Source: Nitrososphaeraceae archaeon
GTDB lineage: Archaea > Thermoproteota > Nitrososphaeria > Nitrososphaerales > Nitrososphaeraceae
DNA length: 64,000 nt
Reading direction: 5' to 3'
Assembly (NCBI GenBank): GCA_044870765.1
Contig: JBIOZG010000035.1
Coordinates: 19,382-83,381 of the forward strand
Part shown: piece by piece, positions 1-9,449 of the stretch
How positions within the stretch are numbered: position 1 is the first letter of the stretch
How the letters are laid out: the number at the start of each line of letters is the position of its first letter
Notes under the pieces: model-generated
The model's input: the letters and a program-made list of their open reading frames with translations, nothing else
What the model was told of the DNA's origin: nothing
The model's database searches: none
Made by a program: the position numbers and the translations under genes

Positions 1-1
1 G

Positions 2-352
2 TTACGAGCAAGGGATATCCCTCATTCAGCTATTAGCTCATCTCGGATTGAAAATCCATATCTTGCTGGAATAATGTTCACAAGTCTTAATCCCTTCTTC
101 ATAGTTTGGTGGACCACTGTAGGCGTTAAACTAATATCCGATTCAATTTCACTACTAGGAAATCTGGCCGGAATAGCCTTTCTATTTTTTGTGCATATAT
201 GGATGGATTATGCCTGGCTAGGATTGTCTTCATACCTAGCCTCCAAGGGTTTCAACATTATACGATCAGAATATCACAAATACATAACTATATTGTTAAC
301 AGTTCCTCTTTTTTACTATGGTATTTATTTTGTTTTAGGTTCTTTTAACTAA
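2..352 (+). CDS. LysE-family translocator, C-terminal part (5' end outside window)
   Basis: Frame open from position 2; GIMFTSLNPFFIVWWTTVG matches the LysE 'NP..ivWW' motif; hydrophobic. Confidence 0.75.
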   Translation, partial: LRARDIPHSAISSSRIENPYLAGIMFTSLNPFFIVWWTTVGVKLISDSISLLGNLAGIAFLFFVHIWMDYAWLGLSSYLASKGFNIIRSEYHKYITILLTVPLFYYGIYFVLGSFN

Positions 353-625
353 TGCATGACTACTATATTGTGTATATAATATCTTGCTTCAACCAGATAT
401 CTGGGATCTAAAAATTACAAATTTCTGAAAATTCTAATGGGATGTATATGCTAGTAAAATTAATTATTAATTTTGATTTGACTCGACAAATCCAGAAAAA
501 CCACAAGATCTAAAGAAGTCAAGTTTGAATACATCGAGATTATTGAGATGAAAAAAGCAAAATGTCAAAGGAAAAAACATAACTATTAGCGAGGAATCCT
601 ATGACTAGAGTGACTCTGAATACAT

Positions 626-1141
626 ATGATCCATATTCATAAGATAATTGGCAACATACATTCCGATTCAGACCTGAATGACAAATACCAGGAAATGATC
701 AAAACGGGACTTGTTGAGAAAATAGAAATCACCCGTTTAGAGTCTGACAGGGCCAGAATCAGAAAGATATCTGATAAGGGGACAGATTTAGCTCTTACAT
801 TGATTCCGGGATCCCATATTAATAATGGTGACGTTGTCATGTTATCAGAAGAGAAAATGGTCATAGCTAATCGGACACCAGAAAATGTCGCTATGATATC
901 TTTAAAGGGTCTTATGTCGCAAGATCAATTATTCGAAACGGCAATCAAGATTGGTCACACTATTGGTAACATGCACCGACCAATAAAAGTTGTAAGTGAT
1001 AAAATATATTTTCCCATACAGTCACAATCTGAAGTCGAACTATTTCAAACACTTCTCTCTAATTTGATAAATAATATAGTTATTAAAAGTGAGAACATAA
1101 TTTTTGAACCTGAATCCGGTTATGATGTACATGAACATTGA
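626..1141 (+). CDS. ureE: Urease accessory protein UreE
   Basis: GHTIGNMHRP Ni-binding motif, FEPE..HEH C-terminus, first of ureEFGD. Confidence 0.92.
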   Translation: MIHIHKIIGNIHSDSDLNDKYQEMIKTGLVEKIEITRLESDRARIRKISDKGTDLALTLIPGSHINNGDVVMLSEEKMVIANRTPENVAMISLKGLMSQDQLFETAIKIGHTIGNMHRPIKVVSDKIYFPIQSQSEVELFQTLLSNLINNIVIKSENIIFEPESGYDVHEH

Positions 1142-1829
1142 GATCGGTAATGAAGATGTAAGTTTATTACAAATGTCCGATTCATTTTTCCCAACAGGAA
1201 TGTATGCAACATCGAGTGGACTGGAGGCGCTATCGAAAATAAAGAAGTTAACTAAGAAAGACATCTTTTATTATATTTCTACATACATAAAACAGGTAGT
1301 AGGGCCAACTGATTGTACGGCTTTGGGTAATGCATACGAATCATGCATGAAAAAAGATCTTTCGACCCTACTTAATGTAGACGAATCATTATACTCTATG
1401 AGGTTAATAGAGGAGACAAGAAGTGCGTCTATTAGATCCGGTAATCAATTATTAAAATGTGTTAGCATTTTTGTTAAACACAAAAAAATGTTGAGGGATT
1501 ATCAAAATGCTATCGGCAATGGTAACGCAACAGGAATATACCCTGTTTCCTTTGGGGTAGTCAGCTGGTCTCTTGGCATTCCTAAGAACAAGGCTGGATT
1601 GATACTACTTTATGGATTCACTGTGAGCGTTGTAGGAGCTGCTTTGAGATTGGGAATAATTCAACATTTTGATGGACAAAAAATAATTCATGAGCTAAGG
1701 CCGGTCATTTTGAAATCAGTCCTGGATAATATAGATAGACCGATTTCAAGTATGTGGCAATTTGCTCCTGGTCTTGATATTTTGCAAATGAAACACGAAG
1801 CCATGAGTTCAAAAATGTTTATTACATGA
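1131..1829 (+). CDS. ureF: Urease accessory protein UreF
   Basis: LLQMSDSFFPTGMYATSSGLE motif; C-terminal KHE...MFIT; start chosen at ATG overlapping ureE end. Confidence 0.92.
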   Translation: MNIEIGNEDVSLLQMSDSFFPTGMYATSSGLEALSKIKKLTKKDIFYYISTYIKQVVGPTDCTALGNAYESCMKKDLSTLLNVDESLYSMRLIEETRSASIRSGNQLLKCVSIFVKHKKMLRDYQNAIGNGNATGIYPVSFGVVSWSLGIPKNKAGLILLYGFTVSVVGAALRLGIIQHFDGQKIIHELRPVILKSVLDNIDRPISSMWQFAPGLDILQMKHEAMSSKMFIT

Positions 1830-1841
1830 AAAAAGACTAAG

Positions 1842-2507
1842 ATGCTTATGGCTCCATTGCGAATTCCTAGAGTTGGAATAGGGGGCCCTGTGGGTTCAGG
1901 TAAAACAATGTTGATTGAACAGATTGTTCCAATACTTTCCGCAAATGGATATAAAGTAAGCATAATTTCTAACGACGTAATATCAAAAGAAGATGCAGAA
2001 AGGATGAGACAAAATCTTGCAACCGACAAAGGTCTTTTGCCTGAGGAGTTAGTAATCGGGGTTGCTACTGGCGGATGCCCTCATACCGCGGTCAGAGAAG
2101 ATCCATCGATAAATCTTTCAGTAGTTGAAGAATTGGAATTAAAATACGACTTTCTTGATTTGATATTGATAGAAAGCGGCGGAGACAATATAACAACAAC
2201 TTTTAGTCCCGCTCTTGCGGATTATTTCATTTACATAATAGATGTAACAGGCGGTGACAAGTATCCAAGAAAAAGAGGACTGGGAATCGAGAATTGTGAT
2301 CTTTTGGTAATAAACAAGATAGATATAGCTCCGTATGTGGGAGCAGATCTAAAGATAATGGAACGTGATGCAAAGATTGTTAGAAGAAGTAAGCCTACGG
2401 TTTTTGTCAACTCTAAAACAGGTCAAGGTGTAGACGCAGTTGTATCTTTTATCATAAAAGACGTTCTATTTGACACTTTACCAAAGGCTAGTAAAAACAT
2501 AAATTGA
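1842..2507 (+). CDS. ureG: Urease accessory GTPase UreG
   Basis: GGPVGSGKT P-loop, GGCPHT, ESGGDN, NKID. Confidence 0.97.
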   Translation: MLMAPLRIPRVGIGGPVGSGKTMLIEQIVPILSANGYKVSIISNDVISKEDAERMRQNLATDKGLLPEELVIGVATGGCPHTAVREDPSINLSVVEELELKYDFLDLILIESGGDNITTTFSPALADYFIYIIDVTGGDKYPRKRGLGIENCDLLVINKIDIAPYVGADLKIMERDAKIVRRSKPTVFVNSKTGQGVDAVVSFIIKDVLFDTLPKASKNIN

Positions 2508-2612
2508 CTGATATAATTAGCTTAATCAAACAATGTGGAAAGTATCCAGATGAATACAAGAATTGGAAACTGTATACATGCTTGGAAATTTAGTTTAGTA
2601 AGAGGACTTGGC

Positions 2613-3545
2613 TTGTCCGTCGATATATATACGCCCAGAAATATTCCACCGGAGATTAAGGCCTATTTCCCGGGATCCCAACATGAAGTTGGCAAGCCAG
2701 GAAAGGTCGGTATTTTGCGTTTAAAGCTTGAAAGGGATTCTGAAACAGGAAAAACTGTTATAAGAGAACAATATAGTCAAGTACCGCTCTTCACACAACG
2801 TGCGATGTATCTGGAAGAAAGTTTGCCTGCAATGGCTTATGTATATATCATATCGCCTTCTGGTGGGATACTGCAAGGAGACAGATATCGGATTGATATT
2901 ACATTAGGTAATAAAACCTTAGCTCATGTTACCACACAAGGAGCGACCAGAATTTACAAGATGGAAAAAAATTATGCAAGCCAGATAGTTAATATCACGG
3001 TGGGGGAGGGAAGTTTTTTTGAATATATTCCAGATCAAATAATACCCTTTCGTAATTCCAGATTCTACCAACAAGTAGAACTGAATGTACACGATAATGC
3101 CACAATGATATATTCAGAAGTCATAGTTCCTGGTAGAGTAGCAAGTGGAGAAGCATTCGAATATGATATTTGTTACATAAAGACAGTAGTGAAGAATCAT
3201 TTGGGTAGGCCCAGATTTATGGACACGGTCAAGTTAGAGCCAAAGAATGAAAACCCAAAGACCGAAGGTATATTAGGGAATTTTAAAGTAGTTGGCACAA
3301 CCTACATCGTTACCAAAGAATCCTTCGTAAAAGATCTCCAATATGAGATCAGTGAACAGATAAAAAGTGTCGAGGGTAAGGGCAAGATATTGGGAGGCAA
3401 TTCAGTTCTTCCAGCTAAACAAGGAATAATAATTAGGATATTAGGTAATTCCGTTGAAGACGTGAAGAAAATCATATTCGATGTATTACGGATCGCAAGA
3501 AAACAGATTGTTGGTGCCTCATTCAGTGGAACTAGAAAAGCATGA
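2613..3545 (+). CDS. ureD: Urease accessory protein UreD
   Basis: SPSGGILQGD, TTQGATRIYKM, PGRVASGE motifs; TTG start after GAGGA chosen over 2535. Confidence 0.92.
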   Translation: MSVDIYTPRNIPPEIKAYFPGSQHEVGKPGKVGILRLKLERDSETGKTVIREQYSQVPLFTQRAMYLEESLPAMAYVYIISPSGGILQGDRYRIDITLGNKTLAHVTTQGATRIYKMEKNYASQIVNITVGEGSFFEYIPDQIIPFRNSRFYQQVELNVHDNATMIYSEVIVPGRVASGEAFEYDICYIKTVVKNHLGRPRFMDTVKLEPKNENPKTEGILGNFKVVGTTYIVTKESFVKDLQYEISEQIKSVEGKGKILGGNSVLPAKQGIIIRILGNSVEDVKKIIFDVLRIARKQIVGASFSGTRKA

Positions 3546-3927
3546 TCAATCTTTTTTTGTAAGTCAACTAATTTTCAAGGACCTGAACGCTTATTTTCCT
3601 TAAGAATTAGTTAGCTTCTCTATTATTCTTAGACATAGATATACATACAAAAATCTAGTATTGTCCATCCGTTACATCTATTGATTTGTAACTGAATGGC
3701 TCGATGAATTATTGTCGAAGTTTTATTAATATAATTAAAAAAAAGATGGGAAACAGGAACAATCTTGTATAACAAAAATCCATAAAATTATCTATAAAAT
3801 TCAGATATTATCATCTAGAACAAGACATAGACAGAATATTTTATGTGAGCGAATTATTGGTAATTTTCTCACTAATATTGTAAAGAACCACTTAAAATGA
3901 TAATTAATCAAAACTAATTAGATTAGG

Positions 3928-5517
3928 TTGATTCAAATTCAAAATACTCATGCAAAATTATTCTTCTCGGTATTTTCATTATTGTTACTTGTAATAGTAA
4001 CAGTAACTTATACACCAGCGTCCTCCCAAAAAGTACTTGCTGCGTCTGGCACAACCATGGCTGCAGCCGGAGATTGGGGCTGTTCAGACAACACTGAAAA
4101 AACGGTGCAGAATGTAAGGAACTTAAATCCTAAATTATTATTGGCTCTGGGAGATTTCTCATATGATAAAACTTCGACTTGTTGGTTGAGTGTTATGAAG
4201 CCTATAGAATCGATTACGAAAATAAGTATCGGGAATCATGAGGATAGCGATATCCTGCTAAATTCATACCTTAATCAATTTAGACTTTCAAAACAATACT
4301 ATTCCTTTGATACTAATAATGTACATGTATTAATAATGTCAACGGAAGAAGAATTTGAACCAAACTCAGACCAATACAATTTTGCAGTAAATGATCTTAG
4401 GAATGCAGCGAATAACCCAGACATCAAATGGATAATAGTAAACATGCATAATCCTTTTTACTCCTCTCCAAACGAATGTGAGGCTTCGGGTTGCGAAGGG
4501 GATAAAGATTTTAGAGAATCATTTCATCCTCTGTTTGATAAATATGGGGTGGACCTAGTTCTAGAAGGCCACGTCCATAACTATCAAAGAAGCTTTCCTT
4601 TAGCATTCAATCAACAGAAATCTGGAGAACCAATAGTAACAAGTGCTAGCAAAACAGATTATAACAATCCCAGCGGTGCAATTTTCGCAATAGTTGGAAC
4701 TGGTGGAGTAAACCTACATGGGCTTTCTGATAAAGCTCCATTCATGGCATTTCAACAGGATTCCAAATTTGGCGTCTTATATATGCATTTTTCTAACGAT
4801 AAAATAGATGCTAAATTCGTTACCAATGAGGGTGAAACATTAGATCATTTTAGTATATCCAAGACAGCAAAGAAGAAAATAATTGAACGTATTAGTGATA
4901 ATATAGTTACTGACTCTAATGTCAAAGTAGTGTCTGATGAAAAGAAAAGTAAAGCCAAACCGGTAATAGAAACGGATCAGAACGGAAAACCGACTATTAC
5001 ATTCAAAGATGAAAATGCAGTTACAGATAAAACAAAAACAATGACAGATGAAAAAGTACAAGAGGACAAACCAGCTGTTACATTCAAAGATGAAAATGCA
5101 GCTGCACTTGCAGATAAAACGGAGCCTGAGACAGATGAGCTAAAAGTACAAGAGGACAAACCAGTCATTACAACAAAACTTAGTAATGATCTACCAAAAG
5201 ACGACAAATCTATGCTGGTATCAAAAGAAAAAATAGAACAAGCTGACAGCAATAACAACAAACCAGCCATTACAACAAAGCCTAGTAATGATCCACCCAC
5301 AGATGACAAACCAATATCTCAAAATAGCAAAGATAAATCAGAATCTTCTGATCAGGGTAAAGCCACCAATGACGAACCACCTGTTGGAGGATTTGATCAA
5401 CAATTAGGGTTAGGGAATACTGATCAATCGGACAATAATGAATTTGTGGACCCCGATACTGACACAGGAACGAACATTAATACCAATGAGAAGGATCCGT
5501 TCGCCCCCCTGAAATAG
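3928..5517 (+). CDS. Secreted metallophosphoesterase (purple acid phosphatase-like) with long low-complexity C-terminal tail
   Basis: Signal peptide; GDWG, GDFSY, GNHE, GHVHNYQR motifs; D/K/E-rich repeat tail. Confidence 0.88.
   Translation: MIQIQNTHAKLFFSVFSLLLLVIVTVTYTPASSQKVLAASGTTMAAAGDWGCSDNTEKTVQNVRNLNPKLLLALGDFSYDKTSTCWLSVMKPIESITKISIGNHEDSDILLNSYLNQFRLSKQYYSFDTNNVHVLIMSTEEEFEPNSDQYNFAVNDLRNAANNPDIKWIIVNMHNPFYSSPNECEASGCEGDKDFRESFHPLFDKYGVDLVLEGHVHNYQRSFPLAFNQQKSGEPIVTSASKTDYNNPSGAIFAIVGTGGVNLHGLSDKAPFMAFQQDSKFGVLYMHFSNDKIDAKFVTNEGETLDHFSISKTAKKKIIERISDNIVTDSNVKVVSDEKKSKAKPVIETDQNGKPTITFKDENAVTDKTKTMTDEKVQEDKPAVTFKDENAAALADKTEPETDELKVQEDKPVITTKLSNDLPKDDKSMLVSKEKIEQADSNNNKPAITTKPSNDPPTDDKPISQNSKDKSESSDQGKATNDEPPVGGFDQQLGLGNTDQSDNNEFVDPDTDTGTNINTNEKDPFAPLK
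4997..5164 (+). repeat. Intragenic imperfect direct repeats (TFKDENA and KVQEDKP twice each)
   Basis: ttacattcaaagatgaaaatgcag and aaaagtacaagaggacaaaccag each occur twice. Confidence 0.8.
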
Positions 5518-5684
5518 ACAGTGATAAGAAAGAAAAAAAGTCTTTGAATTTTTTTACTTTTAATCTATTTTTTTTCTCTAATAGCCAATGTCAAACCAGC
5601 TAATGAAGCAATATGTATAGTTGGAAGTAGGTATTAATTCAAAAAAAAGTTTAAAAATTCAGTTACTGCCAAGAATATCAAAGC

Positions 5685-6188
5685 TCAGACTATAAAAGAT
5701 CTCAACATCCATGCCATTTTTTCATGTTGTTCCATTTTATCTGTTAGAAAGTTAGCTGTTCCCTCGTCATTTAATTCTTGACATTCCTTGATGTTTTTCC
5801 TAAGTGTCTTTATTATAGTTTCATGGTCAGACAAAAGATTCGATAGCATTGTATCTGCATTGGGGAATGAACCTATGTCCTCTTGTATTTGAGAAGAATT
5901 GATGAATTCTTTTAATGTAGCTCTTGTCTTGCTTCCCAAAGCCCTTACTCTTTCGGCGATTTCATCGATAGATGCATCTATAAGTTCATATTGTTCTTCA
6001 AAAAATTTGTGTAAATCATTGAATCTTGGGTCCTCAACATTCCAATGGTAATCCCTCGTTTTTGTCAAAAGTACGTACTCATCTGCCAAATCATCATTCA
6101 GGATATTGGCAATCTTTTGTAAATTCTCACGGGAAATTCCTGTGTCTATATCTATAATATTGACTGTCTTTGATTTGGACTTGTTCAT
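5685..6188 (-). CDS. dps: Dps family DNA protection/ferritin-like protein
   Basis: HWNV..F.DLHKFFEEQY, DEIAERVRALG, HEKMAWML. Confidence 0.95.
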   Translation of the reverse strand: MNKSKSKTVNIIDIDTGISRENLQKIANILNDDLADEYVLLTKTRDYHWNVEDPRFNDLHKFFEEQYELIDASIDEIAERVRALGSKTRATLKEFINSSQIQEDIGSFPNADTMLSNLLSDHETIIKTLRKNIKECQELNDEGTANFLTDKMEQHEKMAWMLRSFIV

Positions 6189-6220
6189 GTCATTAATTGG
6201 TTTACAAAGTATAAATCGGT

Positions 6221-6260
6221 TAAATGGGTTTGACCGACCGTCCGACCGTCAACCATTTAT
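6221..6260. promoter_or_regulatory. Candidate operator in dps / membrane-gene divergent promoter
   Basis: Imperfect inverted repeat taaatgggtttgac...gtcaaccattta enclosing ccgaccgt x2, between two TATA-like boxes. Confidence 0.45.
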
Positions 6261-6290
6261 TAAAGTCAATATACACGATCTGACATATCT

Positions 6291-6629
6291 ATGGCATTTG
6301 AAAACCTTGATGCTGCTTCAATTATTCGTTTCCTTGTCGGACTACTAATTTCTACTGTTGTAATTTACGTAGTTACGTTTTTTATGAGACGAAGAAGCCT
6401 GAAATTAGCTTTTTTTGCCGCGATTATAGGTTCAATAGTGTACTATATTTCCTATATTGTACTCGGATATGGTTTTCTTTCGGCGGCCCTGGGAGGAATA
6501 GCCTGGCTATTGGCTTTAAAAGCAATCTATCGAATGGGATGGCTAAAAGCATTGATAGTTGCGGTTGCCATTTGGATCATAACTACTTTTGTAGGCGAGT
6601 GGCTCCCTACAGCGCTAGGGCCTCTATAA
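6291..6629 (+). CDS. Small multi-pass membrane protein, unknown function
   Basis: About 4 hydrophobic segments; TATA-like tttattaa about 27 nt upstream. Confidence 0.8.
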   Translation: MAFENLDAASIIRFLVGLLISTVVIYVVTFFMRRRSLKLAFFAAIIGSIVYYISYIVLGYGFLSAALGGIAWLLALKAIYRMGWLKALIVAVAIWIITTFVGEWLPTALGPL

Positions 6630-6697
6630 TAAGAATGCCTTTTATTGCAATATAAATTATAGAATTGTTATTTCTTCTTTTGAGGCACTAATTTCCA

Positions 6698-7861
6698 TTA
6701 TTTTTTTATTTCCTTTTCAATTGTAAATTGGTCTCTTATTTCGTTACCCTTGTTGTCATAAAATGTTCCTGTTAATTTTGTATGCGGATTCCCATTACTA
6801 AAGTCTATATTTAGAAATCCAAATCTGTCAAATTGAGTGGCGGTGTAAGATGCTTGCCCATCTAAAGGATAGAAACCTTCTCCACCCGTGCCTATTATTG
6901 CAAAAACTATGCCATCTGTTTGACTGTTATAACCCGTAGAAAATTGATTGTTTACTGTTGGTTTAGAACTATCTCCGGTGTTAAATGATATTGGAAACGT
7001 TCTCTGATAGTTGTGATTATGTGCCTGCAAGACTAAATCAACATCATATTTTTCGAACAGTGGATGATATATATCCCTTAGATCCTTTTCCGCTGTATGT
7101 TTAGATGGGGAAGTGTAAAACGGTCCATAACTGGTTACTATCACCCAATTAACGTCTTTGTTTTTTGATGTCTCTTCAAGATCCCGCACTACAAATTTAT
7201 ATTGCTCAGAACCTTTTTCAAATTTCGATTCTGAAGCCATTACTATAAAATGTACTTTTCCATAGTCGAATGAATAGTACGGTTTATTTAACTCAAAGCT
7301 TTTATAATATTGATCTATTTTTGCTTGTCCATCATTGACATCATGGTACCCTAATGTTGTGAATATTTTATTTTTAAGTGGTGACATCAGATCAAACCAA
7401 CAGTTGGCACTTTTTTGATATGAAAGGTCTCCTAATGGTAATACCAACTCAGGTTCATTTTTCTGAATATTTTCAACTGTTTTTTCAGCGTTACTTGAAC
7501 ATCCAAAATCTCCAACCGCAGCTAAATTAAAGCTTTTACTAACGTTATCACCGTCAATATCAAAAGCAAATCCCTTGTAAATGTCTGTTTCGACCTGTAT
7601 CTTATTTTGTTCATCTTTTGGTTCATCTTTTGGTTCATCTTTTGGTTCATGTTTTTGCTGATCATCTCCTGAATCATTATTCTTATTTTTTCCGTGTCCT
7701 TTCCCGGGATTATCTTTTCCTGGCTTTGCCAGGACGCCACCTTCATGATACATAATGAAATTTGAGGAGATGACTAGAAATATTCCTGACAAAACAATTA
7801 AAATTGCTATGGTCCTAAATAAAAAAAGCAAACAAATTCTGGATTCGAATTCACTAGCCAT
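6698..7861 (-). CDS. Secreted/membrane-anchored metallophosphoesterase, paralog of 3928..5517
   Basis: GDFG, GDLSY, GYHD, AHNHNYQR; N-terminal TM segment. Confidence 0.88.
   Translation of the reverse strand: MASEFESRICLLFLFRTIAILIVLSGIFLVISSNFIMYHEGGVLAKPGKDNPGKGHGKNKNNDSGDDQQKHEPKDEPKDEPKDEQNKIQVETDIYKGFAFDIDGDNVSKSFNLAAVGDFGCSSNAEKTVENIQKNEPELVLPLGDLSYQKSANCWFDLMSPLKNKIFTTLGYHDVNDGQAKIDQYYKSFELNKPYYSFDYGKVHFIVMASESKFEKGSEQYKFVVRDLEETSKNKDVNWVIVTSYGPFYTSPSKHTAEKDLRDIYHPLFEKYDVDLVLQAHNHNYQRTFPISFNTGDSSKPTVNNQFSTGYNSQTDGIVFAIIGTGGEGFYPLDGQASYTATQFDRFGFLNIDFSNGNPHTKLTGTFYDNKGNEIRDQFTIEKEIKK
7609..7650. repeat. 12-bp tandem repeat (about 3.5 copies) encoding EPKD
   Basis: gttcatcttttg repeated. 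Confidence 0.9.
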
Positions 7862-8036
7862 ATATAAAAGAATTTTGTAATTCCTTTCCGTTGAATAAGG
7901 ATTACGCTAACGTCCAATTCATTTCGATGTTCTTAATAACCAGTATTTTTCAATTTTAAGTCACAAAGGTTATACCTGTATAAGAAATGTATATATATTG
8001 TAATATACATTACATAATGTAAGGTGAAAAGTTAGA

Positions 8037-8570
8037 TTGTGGAAAGATCCGTGGGGATTTAGAGATAGATTTTTTGAACAGATAGACAGGGAATTTTCAG
8101 AAGCTGAAGACATGCTGAACAGAGTCTTTAGAACCGTAAGAGAATCTGGTGATACATCGTCAGAGACGTTACCATACTACTATGGATACCAAATTACAGT
8201 AGGACCGGAGGGAAAGCCTCACGTAAGAGAATTTGGGAATGTAAGACCTTCAGCCAAAGGATTGGTAGAACAAAGTACCGCCCGCCAGCCACTTGTAGAT
8301 ACGTCAATCAACGAAAAAGAGAATACAATGATAATTACAGCGGAGATGCCTGGAATAACAAAAGAAGATGTAAAGGTAATAATGGACGAAGGATTGGTAA
8401 CGATACACGCTGAAAAAGGCAACAAGAAATATCATACACAGCTTCCAGTAAATAAACAATTAGACTCTGACTCTACAAAGGCAAGTTACATCAACGGGAT
8501 ACTAGAATTAAGGATACAGCTCAAAAAACCTATAATATCAAATTCCAAAGAAATAAAAATTGATGACTAG
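8037..8570 (+). CDS. hsp20: Small heat shock protein Hsp20
   Basis: YYYGYQITVGPEGKPHVREFGN, AEMPG, ASYINGILE alpha-crystallin motifs. Confidence 0.95.
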   Translation: MWKDPWGFRDRFFEQIDREFSEAEDMLNRVFRTVRESGDTSSETLPYYYGYQITVGPEGKPHVREFGNVRPSAKGLVEQSTARQPLVDTSINEKENTMIITAEMPGITKEDVKVIMDEGLVTIHAEKGNKKYHTQLPVNKQLDSDSTKASYINGILELRIQLKKPIISNSKEIKIDD

Positions 8571-8624
8571 TTGAACTAGTTAACTAAATTATTTTTTTTA
8601 TTTCATGTTATGAGGGGATTTTAA

Positions 8625-8945
8625 ATGGTATTATTCAAGAGTAACGATTTATCTCAGGTTGAAGAGGACAATTCCAACTCAAAACTACTGGGAGGTTCAC
8701 TTTATGATACGAAACTTGCAGTTTCTAAGGACCATAACTCTTTAGCCCCAAGCCTGCTTAAGACTGATGGAAGAAAAGTTCAGACAAAACGGATACCTAG
8801 CAGGATTGATTACAAATTTTACAATTATTGCTCTACGTGCGAGCTGAAATATCCAAAACTAGTCTTACGTTGTAAGGAGTGCAAACAGAAAGTTAGAACA
8901 AGACCATGGCATCGGTCGAAGATTGTCGACCGCAGGAGAATTTAA
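8625..8945 (+). CDS. Hypothetical protein with C-terminal zinc ribbon
   Basis: CSTC...CKEC followed by basic tail. Confidence 0.7.
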   Translation: MVLFKSNDLSQVEEDNSNSKLLGGSLYDTKLAVSKDHNSLAPSLLKTDGRKVQTKRIPSRIDYKFYNYCSTCELKYPKLVLRCKECKQKVRTRPWHRSKIVDRRRI

Positions 8946-8970
8946 TATATATGCAAGTTCTGTAGAAACA

Positions 8971-9366
8971 ATGAAGAAACATATTAGAGTCATTTTTCAG
9001 GATGTTGAGGGAGAGATTTTAGTAGAACTGGATGATTCGCATTCTCCAAAAACCGTTCAGAAAATAATTAAAAATCTACCTATTGAAGTTAGCATCCATA
9101 GATGGGGTGATGAGCTATATACAGAAAAGACTCAAATTGCAGAAGAACCCGAAAATGCTAAAATAAAAGTAAATTTATTCGATGTTGCATATTGGCCGGA
9201 AGGAGGAGCCTTATGTCTCTTTTTTGGACCCACACCGATTAGTAAGTCCGGAGAAATACTCGCCTATTCTCCTGTAAATATAGTGGGAAAAATTATAGGG
9301 CATAGTACCGAAGAAGAGAATTTTTTGAATAAAATCAGCGATGGTGCTAGAGTCGTCTTCAAGTGA
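8971..9366 (+). CDS. Cyclophilin-like fold protein (DUF369 type)
   Basis: RWGDELY, DVAYWPEGGALCLFFGPTP. Confidence 0.88.
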   Translation: MKKHIRVIFQDVEGEILVELDDSHSPKTVQKIIKNLPIEVSIHRWGDELYTEKTQIAEEPENAKIKVNLFDVAYWPEGGALCLFFGPTPISKSGEILAYSPVNIVGKIIGHSTEEENFLNKISDGARVVFK

Positions 9367-9449
9367 AGAGAAACTATTTGATATATCTCATACTTCTTAG
9401 TTTTAACGACGAATAATTCTAATCTAAAGGAACGCCAAAAACGTCTTTA

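Noticed and set aside
7522-7746. ORF with NQKM repeats
   Set aside because: Alternative frame of the 12-bp repeat inside the phosphoesterase gene
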